Origin: Epiperipatus broadwayi
Lineage: Eukaryota > Animalia > Onychophora
Assembly: GCA_028023455.1 (NCBI GenBank)
Contig: JAQFVV010000005.1
Location: 17,794,001 to 17,858,000 of the forward strand
Direction of reading: 5' to 3'
DNA length: 64,000 bases
A model generated the notes under the pieces. That model did not search any database and was not told where the DNA came from. It worked only from the letters and a program-made list of their open reading frames with translations. Numbering within the stretch: position 1 is the first letter of the stretch; every line of letters starts with the position of its first letter. This document shows, in pieces, positions 38,523 through 51,239 of this stretch. Made by a program: the position numbers and the translations under genes.

Positions 38523-39351
38523 ACACATATTCTTAATTCTTCATCAATATTTACTGTTATGTTTATTTTAATCCTAACATGTATATGGGAGATCAAAAAA
38601 ATGCATCACATTCATTAAAAGTAAACAAACTGAGATCACTAAAGTCATGCCATGAGAGCATAAGTTTCTGTTAAATAGTCTCATTTGAACTGTAATTTAT
38701 ATATTCAGTTTAAAAAACTTATAAAATTTTTGTTTCATTTTTCATCAAGAGATGGAATCACTTTAAAACAAAAAATCAGAAGTATGACATTCATTTTTAG
38801 TAGTTGCTCCTTTTCTCCTGTCAGATTTTATGAATTCATTTCATTCTTTAAATGCAATTCATTATATATAAAATTATAGACTATTTTTTAATTTATAAGT
38901 ACAGGAATTCATTTCATTAAAAATAAAAAATGGCATACATTAAAAAAAATTTTTTTTTAATGAAAATATATGTGAAATTTTTTATTATAATTTTGAAAGT
39001 TTAAGTGATAGAAATATAATAAATAAATGCATTTTTAAAACAAATGCATTTAAAAATTAGGACTAAATATCTTTTTTCAAATGCACTCAAAATGTATTTT
39101 TTTAAGAAAGCATTATTTGACTGACTCCTTGCTTAACAAGTTCATTGCTGATTCCAATCTTTTAATAAAAGACCTAATGGCAGTTTAGATCATATTTGCA
39201 ATATTTTATTTCTACAATTAAATCTTCATTCTACATCATATTTTGATAATCTTTATATTTTTTATTACAAGTATAATTTTATAAATGAAAGACATTCTAA
39301 AAAATAATCTTTGAACTTTGCAACATAAAAAAATAAAGTATAGGATCATAG

Positions 39352-40299
39352 TAAATGCAATTTCTCCATTCTATTTTGAACACTTTTTAGCAAAAAACCC
39401 TTTTATTAGACATATATGCATACACAATCTTACATTTCAACTGTCCAGCAGTCTTTTTCAGAGCTATGAGATAATGAACAAAATAAAATAGATAACTATA
39501 TAAATAATACCATAAAAAATGTAAATAATAAAATTAATAAAATATAATTAATAAAATAATAAAATAAATAATAAAATAAAAAAACTAAAACCAATATAAA
39601 ATATAACAAAACATAGTAAAATAAAATAATAAAACTGAAATAAATATAATCAAACCCAAATAAAATAATCCAATTAATATAAAATAAATATAAATTATAC
39701 ATGTGTATTACTCACTGTATATATATACATATTCACGAATACCTATTAATTTAAATATATTACTCATTTTTATTATCTTTAATAATCTTCTAATTATTTC
39801 TATTTCTTATAAATGTAAACTTATAAGGTGGAGCTAATAAAACTAAAGTTTAAGTTTATAAGGAATAGAACTAATTATGAGATTATTAAAAATAATAAAA
39901 TAAATAAATAATATATTTAAATTATAGTTCATGAATATGTATATATATAATCAGGAAAACAGATGTATAATTTATATTTATGTTGTATATTTTATGTTAT
40001 ATTAACTGAATTATTTTATTTGGATTTGATTATATTTATTCAATTTTATTATTTTATTTGATTATGTTTTGCTATATTTTATGTTGTTTTTTTAGTTTTT
40101 TTATTTTATTTTATTAATTTTATTGTTTATACTTTTATGGTATTATTAATATAGTTATGTATTTTATTTTGTTCATTATATCATAGTTCTAAGAAGACTG
40201 CAGGACAGGTAAAGTATAAGATTGTGTATGCATATATGTACAATAAAAGGGTTTTTTTTGCTAAAAAGTGTTCAAAATAGAATGGATATGTTGCATTTA
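39352..40299. repeat. Large diverged foldback (~470-bp arms)
   Basis: TTCTATTTTGAACACTTTTTAGCAAAAAACCCTTTTATT (39370) is inverted at ~40240-40280; centre ~39820. Confidence 0.85.
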
Positions 40300-40534
40300 T
40301 ATAAGATATTACAGCAAAATAAAGAAAGTGGTGAATTTAGTGATATTTCTGTAGGATCATAGTCTTTGCCTATTCATAAATATTATTGAATGAAACATTT
40401 CTTATTTGAATTCAATTTTTAAAATGGAAATTAATTTTCACTAAGATATCATAAAACAACAAAAATGTTTTAAAATTTTAAATTACAATTATTATTATTA
40501 AAATTTCACAAAAAAATTTCTTCACCATTTTTTA

Positions 40535-40802
40535 TATAAGGGTAAAACCTTAGTACATGCGCCTTTAATGCTTAATTTTTCAACAAGAGAGACCTCTAGA
40601 AATCATAATGCAAGATTCAACTTTATAAAGATAAGAGGGACCCCTCTTACCTCTGAACCTATTTTCTTAATTAAATAGGTAAATCTAAAGCATATTGATT
40701 TGGGAGCATAAAGATAATAAATTCTTCACTGATTAAGAGGTCTCTCTTGTTAAAAAATTAAGCATTCAAGGTGCATGTACTAAGGTTTTAGCCTTATATA
40801 AG
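40535..40802. repeat. Element with ~65-bp terminal inverted arms
   Basis: AAAACCTTAGTACATGC...AACAAGAGAGACCTCT versus AGAGGTCTCTCTTGTT...GCATGTACTAAGGTTTT. Confidence 0.8.
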
Positions 40803-40940
40803 TATTATGTGCTGATATTGTGCTTAATAAGAATTAATATTTTCACAATTTTTTATAAAAGGTTTTTATTGTAACAAATAATAACAACTTCAACTTTACT
40901 ATAACTATATTGTAATGACTTGACTTCTTAAAAACAAACA

Positions 40941-41007
40941 TTTTTTTTTCATGTGTCATAGCATCGGCTGGAAAGCGAACCTGCTAACCCGGGACAACTG
41001 CTTGTAA
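40941..41007 (-). mobile_element. 5'-truncated tRNA(Val)-like SINE
   Basis: 3' half only (TTACAAGCAGTTGTCCCGGGTTAGCAGGTTCGC...ATGACACATG plus A tail). Confidence 0.75.
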
Positions 41008-42372
41008 TTGTAACTACATATTTTTTGGTTTAAAATAAATATTTTACAAATATGTTGCATAAATAAGTTTAAATATGTAAATAAATTATAATTTTACTTT
41101 TCAAAATTACTAATTTACTAATCAGTGCTTTTGTCAGTTTCTTTGTATTGTGATATAACCAATCAGGGCATTGACAGTTTCTTTTAAATTTGGAAATTTG
41201 CATATTTATATAATATCTGTACAATAGCAACCGCTTCGAAAATTTTTTTAAATTAGAGTTTCAATTTCTACTATGAAAAATAAAATGCAAACCAGAAAAC
41301 TAATGTTACAGATAACTGCAAAATAATGGAGAAGACGCCAAAGCGATAGCAGCGCCTTCACAACACTTCAAAATGAATGACTCAATCAGAACTGAAAAAT
41401 AACTTATCAAAAGATTAATAAATCTATGTCAATGATCACATCAATGCAATTATTAATCAGACAAGTTTACATATTCATGTGTGGTATGCTGCAACTTATA
41501 TTATTACCACTTTGCAGCAAAGGCCGAACTTGATCTTCTTTATTTAATTGCATAAATATCTCATAGTATTAAAGCAACTAAAATTCACAGAAGAAAAAAA
41601 TATTAAATAGATTATAGCACATAAATTCATAAAGAAGTTCAATCTCTGGAAGTGACAAAACTAAGTAATAAATCATGAATTTTGAGCTCCAGAAGCTACC
41701 ACTCGATTTTAGCACTTAGGCCTCAGAGGAATATTAATACAGTATGATAATAAATATAAAAAATACAATTAAAATCTTACATCCATGGACTCACCTTCAC
41801 TATTCACTTTTTAGAGAAATATTAAATGAAAATTTTTTTTTAGAAATTCATAAATTTTACATCTGTATAATCATTATCATGAATTATTTTTTAATTATTT
41901 CCTTATGTTATGCATGTAGTCATTCTCTCTCTCTCTCTTTAGATTTATTATCATCTTTTTTACAACTGTATTATTTTATTTTTCTGCTAATTATGTATAT
42001 TTTAAATATTAAATAATACCATAAGTTTATATATATTAATGTGTATATATTACAGAGTTAGGGTTTGCTATTACTTATGATTGCAAGTTACAAAAAGATT
42101 TGGAATACCAAAACCTGCATAAAGAAGAAAATAATCACTCCGTCAAAAGAAAAGAGAATATTGATTACTTATCAACAGAATGCATACCATTTAAGTATGT
42201 GAACAGTAGACCACATTGAGCACAGCCCAAAGGCAAATTAAATCTGCAATTAATATTAAAAGAAGAGGATTGTTGTGGAGTAAAGAGAAGAAGCAGTACT
42301 TATTAAAGTTTAATCTTATTAATCAGTAGAAAAAATATATTAGAACTCCAAGTTAAAAGCTAATGTGAAGTA

Positions 42373-42440
42373 CAGTACCCCCCCCCCCCAATTCCATATC
42401 CACAATGTCACTCACTATTTACAGTTTCGTTACCCATAAT
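42373..42440 (+). mobile_element. Possible Tigger/pogo-like transposon end
   Basis: TA|CAGTACCCCCC...ATATCCAC...CAGTTTCGTTACCC resembles pogo/Tigger termini; no partner end found. Confidence 0.3.
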
Positions 42441-42740
42441 TTTTTTAAAAAAATAAATAAAGATACAAATAAAAAATTGTAAATTTGAACTCATAAATTT
42501 TTCATGCTCACCCACTTATATAAAAGAATGCCATTATAAATCAAAGCAATCATTTCCCATTTTTCAAAGGTATGTGATTGCTCTCTTTCTCTCTTTTTAG
42601 ATATATTAATTACTGTGGTCTTTTTCGTAAATGCATTATTCCATTTGTTATTAAATATTTTTATTGATGTTTAAAGATGTATATCTTCAAAATTAAATTG
42701 TCATAGGTGTGTGTTAAACATGTGATTGTTATTATTATTA

Positions 42741-42852
42741 TTTTTTCCATATGTCATAGCACCAGCCGGGAGGCGAACCTACAACAACCGTCTGCAACCA
42801 ACTGCATGTTTGCAAGGCAGCTGCGATTACCTCTCGGCTAACAACGCTTGAC
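42741..42852 (-). mobile_element. tRNA-derived SINE (TGC-loop subfamily) with 13-bp TSD
   Basis: A-box and B-box-like motifs, A-rich tail; GTGATTGTTATTA at 42722-42734 and 42855-42867. Confidence 0.85.
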
Positions 42853-43857
42853 AGGTGATTGTTATTACTCATACTTTCATAAAGCCTTGGAAAAACTTGA
42901 AACCAAATGGTAGCAGATATGGGGAGGGAAGAACTACCATAACTTTTTTTTTGACAAAATAAATCAGAAAATAAATTGTCTTTATTATTTGATTTTCCTT
43001 TCATAAAGGTATAAATTCAGTCGTAGATCGTAGCACCGAAAAAATAAGTGGAACAGATCATCAAAACAATTTAAAAATGAAATATTCAATTACAACTCAC
43101 TGGGAGTTAAAAAAAGGTGGGGGGGGGAGGGCGGAAGCTTTTTATTCAAACATTCATATTCTTGGTGTATAAAAACATTTCCAACGAATTTAAGAATAGC
43201 TTCCAGTCAGAGAGAGTAAATATTTGCAAAATCGAATTGCTTAGATTCAAGGTGAATAATATAAGGTTACTTTTTATGCTCAAATAAGTAGCGTTTATAC
43301 GTTATCTCGTCGTGGCCTCTAGGTTCTGCAACATTTTTTTGTTATCTCATTGAGGTATCAATTCTCTAGATTTTAATGAAGTTTTTTTAAGTTAATAAAA
43401 AAAATAACACTGTCCATTTGTTAATAAGTACAGTAAATTAAATTTCATTTTTAAACTGTTGGTTTGTTTATTTTTGATTACATTACTCGTTCAAAGCCGA
43501 TCTTGAGTGAAATTTCAGTCAGGCATGAAAATTGATGATAAAAAAGTGAAAATATTTTATTTAGTATTAAATTAGATATTTTTATTTATAATTTACATAC
43601 ATTGTATAATACCTTCTCCCTTTACCATGCACCAAGACTGTCTCCTAGTATTGTCATGTCTTTTTTTATCGCTAGCACAATGACTTTTACCTTATTTAGA
43701 TCTTCCTGAAATTTTTATCCTCAGCCAAGCATAGTTAAATACAAATTTATCAATTAATATTAGATTCTCCCAAATATTTATAGAAAATCCATTTCGGAGT
43801 GTGTGTGTGTGTGTGTGGGGGGGGGGGGGCTATGAAGATTTGTTAACTCTATTTGTA

Positions 43858-43977
43858 GACTTGAACTCCTAAAAAGGTTGAGTGACAGGAAACTCCAAGA
43901 GCTTTTAAAAGACAGTTGACTTGAACTCCTAAAAAGGTTGAGTGACAGGAAACTCCAAGAGCTTTTAAAAGACAGTT
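43858..43977. repeat. Exact 60-bp tandem duplication
   Basis: GACTTGAACTCC...AAAAGACAGTT occurs twice. Confidence 0.95.
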
Positions 43978-44072
43978 ATTAAAACAAAGTTTAACACTTT
44001 CTCAGCTTCAAGTCACAACTAGATCAAAATCTCTCTCTCTTTACATAGGCAAATTTATTATCTTAGTCCAAG

Positions 44073-44179
44073 TTTTTTTTCTTTCATGTGTCATAGCATT
44101 GGCCGGGAAGAGAACCCGCTAACCAGTGACAACTGCTTGTAAGGCGGCTGTGCTGACCTTTCGACCACCAACGCTTGAC
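44073..44179 (-). mobile_element. tRNA(Val-TAC)-like SINE
   Basis: Full length, CTTACAA loop, A tail, ~10-bp TSD AGT(C/G)CAAGTT. Confidence 0.85.
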
Positions 44180-45113
44180 AGTGCAAGTTATTTGACTAAA
44201 AATTTAAAAACATTATAAGGTTTTAAATCTAAGCTAGTAAATATTTTTAATCATACATATTCTAAACTTGCTTTTTAAATTCTAAACATTTTGGTAATTG
44301 TATTTACTAACTAATTATAATTACTGATTTTAAATTTCTTGACATGAAAGGCAGAATAATAAAATTCTGAAAGTTATTCAAAGGAAAAGTAATTTGATCA
44401 AAAAATCATAATGTATGAAAGATTTTAGATGTCACTCATATAGGATTAATTTCAAAATATTGATACTTTTTGATTTCAATGACCATTTGGGATTTTATCA
44501 TTTTGCCTTATGGTTATATATATATGTTGCACCATTAACGTGTGCAATATGTATCAACATTAAAGAGTAAACTAGAGATTGTTGAACAAAAAATAAGTAC
44601 AGAATAATAAAAGAACGAATGTAATTGCTATTCAATATTATGATAATTATTAAATCTATTCATTTATCCAGCCATAGGAAAAATATATATGTTTAATTGC
44701 AAGATATAGATTAAAACTCAATCTAATTATCTATATTTAGCAAAAGAAATGTCTTAATCTATCAAGACAGTTTTTTTAAAACTGAAAATAGCCAATAGGA
44801 ATGTTGGATCATAATAAAAGATAATTAGAAAAGGAATTTAATTTAAATTTTTTTTAAAAAAAAGAAGAATATATATATACAAATAAGTTTTTTATTATCA
44901 TATATATTTTGTCAAGTACACATTTCTATTGTTATTTTGTAGTCAGAGATGTATCCTATATTTGAGATAGATAAAAAATATGTTAAATAATTTAATATAT
45001 CCAGCACACAGTTCTTCTTTTCAAAATAGTTCATATATATCTAATATAGAAATAAAACAAACTAACTCCTTCTTTTTAAAACTTGATTTATTATGACTAT
45101 AATCATGAAAAAG

Positions 45114-45157
45114 AAATCCGACATTTCGACTATTTTTTATAGTCTTTCTCAAGGCAC
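45114..45157 (-). ncRNA. Putative hammerhead with U3:A8 core
   Basis: GUGCC-UUGAGAA-A GACUAU AAAAA AUAGUC-GAAA-UG-UC-GGAUUU; perfect 6-bp stem II, but stem I has only 2 firm pairs. Confidence 0.55.
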
Positions 45158-45594
45158 ACTAAAATAAAATATATATACACAATAAATATCACATATTCCA
45201 AAAAAAAAAAATTAAATTAATTAAAAATTACAAAATATATCCATAACCAATTTTTTTTTTTTTTTACCTTATCTCACTCCCCTTTCCTATTACAATCACA
45301 ACTTAAACACAACTAATTCCTTTTTAAAATTCTATATATATCAAATAAAAACTTTTAATTAAAAAACTTTTAATTAAAATAATAGGTTTTTAATTAAAAG
45401 TTTTTGATAAATATAGAATTTTAAAAAGGAATTAGTTGTGTTTAAGTTGTGATTGTAATAGGAAAGGGGAGTGAGATAAGGTAAAAAAAAAATTTTGGTT
45501 ATGGATATATTTTGTAATTTTTAATTAATTTAATTTTTTTTTTTTTGTTTTTGGAATATGTGATATTTATTGTGTATATATATTTTATTTTAGT

Positions 45595-45638
45595 GTGCCT
45601 TGAGAAAGACAATAAAAAATAGTCGAAACGTCAGATTT
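45595..45638 (+). ncRNA. Putative hammerhead with U3:A8 core (partner arm)
   Basis: GTGCC-TTGAGAA-AGACAATAAAAAATAGTC-GAAA-CG-TC-AGATTT; ACGU palindromic stem III. Confidence 0.5.
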
Positions 45639-46489
45639 CTTTTTCATGATTATAGTCATAATAAATCAAGTTTTAAAAAGAAGGAGTTAGTGTTTTATTT
45701 CTATATAAAAAATATGTTGTATGTTGTAATTTATTTAAAAATTAAATTAAAAGAAAATATTTATTAAAATAATAACTACAATGCATTGAATACCCACCAA
45801 ACTAAAGAAAGAAAAAGTGTGATAAAGTACATGCATAGGGGAGGGCATGAGATATATAAAAATTGATCTTTGGACTTTTAAGAGAGTATGTATTTTTTTT
45901 ATGGAAGTAGATGGATACACAGAAAAGCTAAAACCAATATCAAATGAAGCCACCTTGCAAGAGTTCCAATGCTGTGATACCTGAGACCAAAATGATTTAC
46001 TATGCAAAAGCTCCTACCTACATCAGAAGAATAACCCAGATGCATGGCTAGATCCAATGTACATCTCTGTCAATGCCTTCTGAATCCTATTGCTGAAACG
46101 ATGCTTTGAGCCAAGCCACTGCACCTATATCACACTAGGTGTTCATACAATCTTGCAGCTGAACTAATTCCTAAAATAAATCGTGGGTGAAATAATGGTA
46201 AAGGTGCAACTTTAAAACAATGGCCATGGCTATATTCTGAAACTATCATATAATAAGAGAAAAATTCTCAGAAAGATCTAAGAAATATATATTATAAAAA
46301 CTTTCTTTGTTTTATTCGCTTCTTGTTTTATAAAATATACCAACCTAAAATTAACTAACTAGAATTTGATAATGAACTTTCTTGAAGAACTTTATTTATT
46401 ATTTTTACTAGTGCAACTAAATAATGTTCTATCATGATTTGTATTATTATAACTAATTCCTAAGAATTATATGTTATATATTGGTTTTT

Positions 46490-46670
46490 AATATTTACTA
46501 AGGCTGTAAACCTCAAGGATATAATCACATGATCACATCTCATACTAGCACAGGGTGGTACTACTGTATGGAGAGTTTTGCCTTTGCTCAAGGATATATG
46601 CATGAAAATGCAAAGGTAGGGACCTCTACAGGTCTTAACCACAAGCTTACACTTGGAAAAAAGAGGAGGT
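46490..46670 (+). repeat. Family E copy interrupted by a family B fragment
   Basis: AGGCTGTAAACCTCAAGG...GGGACCTCTACAGGTCTTAACCACAAGCTTAC. Confidence 0.75.
46524..46586 (+). mobile_element. 63-bp 5'-truncated family B insertion
   Basis: 12-bp TSD CTCAAGGATATA (46512-46523, 46587-46598); ends CTACTGTATGGAGAGTTTTGCCTTTG. Confidence 0.85.
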
Positions 46671-47099
46671 TTTTAGTATGTAAGAAGATGGGTGGGGTTG
46701 AATAGATAATAAGAATATTAATTTGTTATTTGTTTTATTAAATGGTTGTTAAAATGCAACAGTCTTTTTAATTTTTTCTTTACATAGGAAATAAATGTTG
46801 ATAAACATAATTATCTTGAGATACTAAGCTAGGAAAAAGATTCCTGAATCTATATAATAATAATTGTTTCTGCAACCACAAATGGAGTTTTTATATTTTA
46901 TTTGAAATAAAAGCATGGGAGATCCAGAAATTAATTAAGTTAATGCCTATTTTTTATAACAAGGGATTGATAATGTAAAATTATATTGTATTTTAAACTG
47001 ACTTGACTCTTATAATTGATATATATATATACTTCTGCTATAAGTTAAAATTATACCTTTTATGTATATATATTTAATCATTAAAATCAGTCAACACAT

Positions 47100-47285
47100 A
47101 GCCAATCCCAATACCATTAACAATCAACAATCTCAACCTACTGTCAAAGCATTCTCCTTTTAACAATAAAGGTGGAATCCCACCTTTATTTATGGTCCAA
47201 TATATTTATATACACATTAAAGATTGCAACTTGACCAAAGGGATTGAAATTATTGATACAAAGAAGTTTAAATAATCCTCCTTCA
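47100..47285. repeat. Repeat family I, second copy
   Basis: Homologous to 18300-18480. Confidence 0.75.
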
Positions 47286-47810
47286 ACAGGTAAATATAAC
47301 CTGATCTGAATGCAGACTAATAAATAGTCAATTATAACATTATAAATTGCAATTATATTTTTCAAATTATACCCAAAGTATTATTTAAATAGTAAATGTA
47401 ATAATGCTCAAGGCTAAATGGGTTATTATGTATTCATATTTAATATGTATGCATAATATGACATGGGCATATATTGTAAATATATATTTTAATTAGTATA
47501 AGTTTTATTTTATTTTAATATATTTTTTTCAAATTTGTAGTCCACTATGATTTTCTTTCTCATGTCAACAGGCTTTCTTTTCCTGGTATTTGTGCATTTT
47601 TTTTTTCAAACAGTCTCTTATTTTAATATTTTTTATTAGTCATTTATTAGACTAGAGATTATCCAATAATGTATAATATTTCTATAGTGCAACATTCCCT
47701 ATGCCCTTCTTACACAAAATAAAGATTGGTTTCTATCCACCTTTAACACCTCGTGGAGGAGTGTAATCATAAACGTATGATTCAAGACATATGAAAAAGA
47801 TCTATGATCC

Positions 47811-47870
47811 CCAACATGCTCATTTCATGCTAAACCAGCACTCATCAGTTGACCCATACCCCAATCTACA
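47811..47870 (-). ncRNA. Eroded family A-like hammerhead fragment
   Basis: Reverse complement AA-CUGAUGA-GUGCU GGUUU AGCAU-GAAA-UGAGCA-UG-UUGG; G at position 17 suggests it is inactive. Confidence 0.6.
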
Positions 47871-48138
47871 GTTTATTTGATAAGTGTCAAAGGTGCTACC
47901 CTCATAACAAATCATGTAATGAAAAGGTTGGGGATATTCTGCAAAGCTTGTTAAGAGTTTATTTCTGATCTCTATATATAACAATAGTCATATTTTGTAT
48001 GGTATTTTCCTTTTGCATTGCACTGAATTTATCTAGATATGCATCAAAATAGAAGAAAGTCTGTGATATAAAATGTCTCAGATATGTAAATTATTCTTAC
48101 ATTTTTAAAAGTTTATTTTTTATTTATTGTTGTAACTG

Positions 48139-48244
48139 TTTTTTTTCTTCATGTGTCATAGCATCGGCCGGAAAGTGAACCCGCTAACCCGGGATAACTG
48201 CTTGTAAGGCAGCTAAGCTGATCTCTCAACCACCAATGCTTGAC
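48139..48244 (-). mobile_element. tRNA(Val-TAC)-like SINE
   Basis: Full length, A tail, AACTGT on both flanks. Confidence 0.85.
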
Positions 48245-49629
48245 AACTGTACACATGCATTATTTATAGTATGTAGTAATTCTTTATAATCGAATATTTT
48301 TTCCAGTTTAAATGATGACTTTATTACTTACTGATCATTCCACTGCCTTTTTGCATCTGCAAAGTGAAAAATTTTATTTATTTGTTTTCATTCAGAAGCT
48401 CCAAAAAATCATCTGTTAGAGACTGGAGAGGGATCGCATACATTCCAAATTGTTTTTAAGATTTTGTATGTTTAAGAAGGCAGCATTTTAAAATTTTTCT
48501 TTGCTCAAAAGATTGCAGAAAACTTATTTTAAATAACATGTTCATTTACTTACTGACTTGCAACTGCTTTTTGCCTTTGTAAAGTGAAAATTTTTTTCAT
48601 TTATTTTTACTCCTAAGCTCCATCACTAAACTGAAACAAAGTACCAAATAAAAAAAATATATTCCTTGTAAGCATATTACTTTAAAATACTCTTCATTTC
48701 TGTAAGTAATTATGCTAAGTAAATTAAAATATTAAATTGAAAAAAAAAAAAAGACTTCTAATGATCATTATTTAAAACAAATGAAAGTTCTAAGAATAAT
48801 TGTTAAGGGTGACATATTTTCCCTGTCTTCTGTTCCCTATCTATCAAACAAGTTGACATATTGAAAAGATAAGAGTTTCAAAAGGATAAGGGTGGTATAA
48901 CTTAGTTAAATATCAATTTTCAAGCGATTCTATTGAATTTAAATATATTGAATCTTGATTTTAAAATTTCATTCTAACTTGAAAAAGATCAAAAGTTAAA
49001 CAAAACAAACAGATTTTTCAAAACCAATAAAAGCATTTAAAAAAAGAGAGAAATGTGAGTTAACTGACACTGAGACAGTGTGTTAACAGACAATTCATTG
49101 ATGCCGGCATCTGAAAAATAAAAATTATCTCAGATGTAAAAACAAGTATTATACACTGCATTAATAATACATTTTTTTTGCAGGAACATATGTTTTTAAT
49201 ACCTGGGATTTAGGTGACCAGCAAAGATAGTCATGGTTTCTGATTAATTTATTACCTTATTATTTGTATGAGGCCATGATTTGGTCATTCAAAAATTATT
49301 AACCATACATATATGTTACCCCATATGACATTGGGAAACATAGGGAGACCCAGTTCAATATATATAATACACTAGATTAACACTCCAATATTGCTATATA
49401 ATACCATCAATCCAAAGAGCATAACACTTTTTAAGAGAAAATAATAGACCATCTTAACTCTTATCTAAATTCATTTATATAGACAAATCTAAAGCACTTT
49501 GAAAAGAATGCACCAAGATCTTAAATTGATCATATTATTTTTAAAAGCTATGCTAAAATTGCTTTACATTATTTTAATTGACATTTGTGAAATTTTTCAA
49601 TTTACAGCTTGTCAATATCAAATCAAATA

Positions 49630-50290
49630 ATGAAATATTTAAATATAAACTTTTCCCAGTGGTTAATATTATGTAAAACATTAGATTAATACCCCAACAT
49701 TAATTTATTAAGTGGATGAGCAATTTGTCATATAGCTTTAAAGAAGTAATATGAACAATTTAAGTCTTTATGCTTTTTCCAAAGTGTTTCAGCCTTGCCT
49801 ATATACATGAATTTAGCAAAAAGGATGATGATCCATTTTTTTCTCTTAAAAAGTTTTATCTTGTACTGTAAATTGAGAGTATTACATTTATTTAATAAAC
49901 CAGTATTGGGTATTAATCTAATGTATTATGTAATATTAACTGCTGGGAAAAGTTTATATTTACTTACTCCATTGTTTGATTTAATATTGAGAAGCTGTAA
50001 ATTAAAAAATTTCTCAAATGACAATTGAAACAAAATAAAGCACTTTAAAATATAGCTTTAAACAAGTAATATGATCACTTTAATTATATTCATGCTTTCT
50101 TTTCAAAGTGCTTAAGATTTGCCTATATAAATTAATTTAGATAAGAGTTAAGATGGTCTGTTCTTATAACTTAAAAACTTTTATCATGTGCTTTGGATTG
50201 AGAATATTTCATTTACTTAATTAATCAGTGTTGGGGTGTTAATGTAATGTATTACATATTAATTGTTGGAAAAAGTTTATATATATGTAT
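49630..50290. repeat. Old inverted plus tandem repeat (~320-bp period)
   Basis: ATATAGCTTTAAA.AAGTAATATGA at 49730 and 50050; 49630-49710 is inverted relative to ~49890-49960. Confidence 0.6.
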
Positions 50291-51239
50291 GCATGTTTCA
50301 ATGATTTACATTTATTTGATTAGGGCACCATCTGATATTAAACATCAGGAAATAGATTGGCACATATATATATTTAAATAAGCTTTGAAAGTATTTTCTT
50401 CAATAGGATGATGGTGATGACCATTATACAACCAGTATTTGCAATACTAGGCTAGATCCTGTAGAACATAAGTTACTCCCTTGAATATTTCATATAAAGA
50501 GGTTAACCCATTATTTAAAGCAATAACAAAACAATAGTTTATTACAAATATTATAATTATCAAACAAATATAATTTTTTTAAAAATAAAACCATTTCTCC
50601 AATCTCTCTCTTTTTTTTTTCCATACACACATCTAAAAACAATGGCTATTTATGAAGTGTTCAAGGTTTATTTGTTTAATTTTAAAACCTTAAATCTTTC
50701 TATTAAATTTTACAGTACAACTTTTTTTTTTAATAATGGAACACATTTACCATAGTGTAAATCCCTGGCCTTTAACATATCCTGGATATAATTCTACATA
50801 TGGCCAACCCTCACAGATATAATAAATTCATTTATATCATAAGCTTTCTAGCATAATCACACACATATATTTAATGTGGGATAATTTTAATTAATACACC
50901 TTTCTTACAACAATAAGAATAAGAAGTGACCAATTTATGTCCAAATCCTGATTTAACAACAACACAAACTAATTATGTGAGATGGTTCTTTGAATCGGAT
51001 CCTGATTTACTAGTACACTATTGCTTTTTAATTAACTGAGGTAGTCCTTTGTATCTGACCCCAAAATTGCAGAACAACACAGTAAATAAATCTATCATGT
51101 AGAAATAGGAGGTGGTACCCAAAAATAACAGAAATCATTCTCTGGTAAATACGCTTGTTGTAGTATATGTTTCTTCTAGATAGCACACTTTTTTTTGTAA
51201 AATACACTTTGTGTATTTGTCAGTTTTCGTAAAAGCTAA

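Larger units (their letters stand above)
45045..45706. repeat. Young foldback (~330-bp arms) with a hammerhead-like motif in each arm
   Basis: Arms are near-identical reverse complements; centre ~45375. Confidence 0.92.

Noticed and set aside
40715-40770. CTGATTAAGAGGTCTCTCTTG as a hammerhead
   Set aside because: G8 missing, extra bases before GAAA, no stem I.
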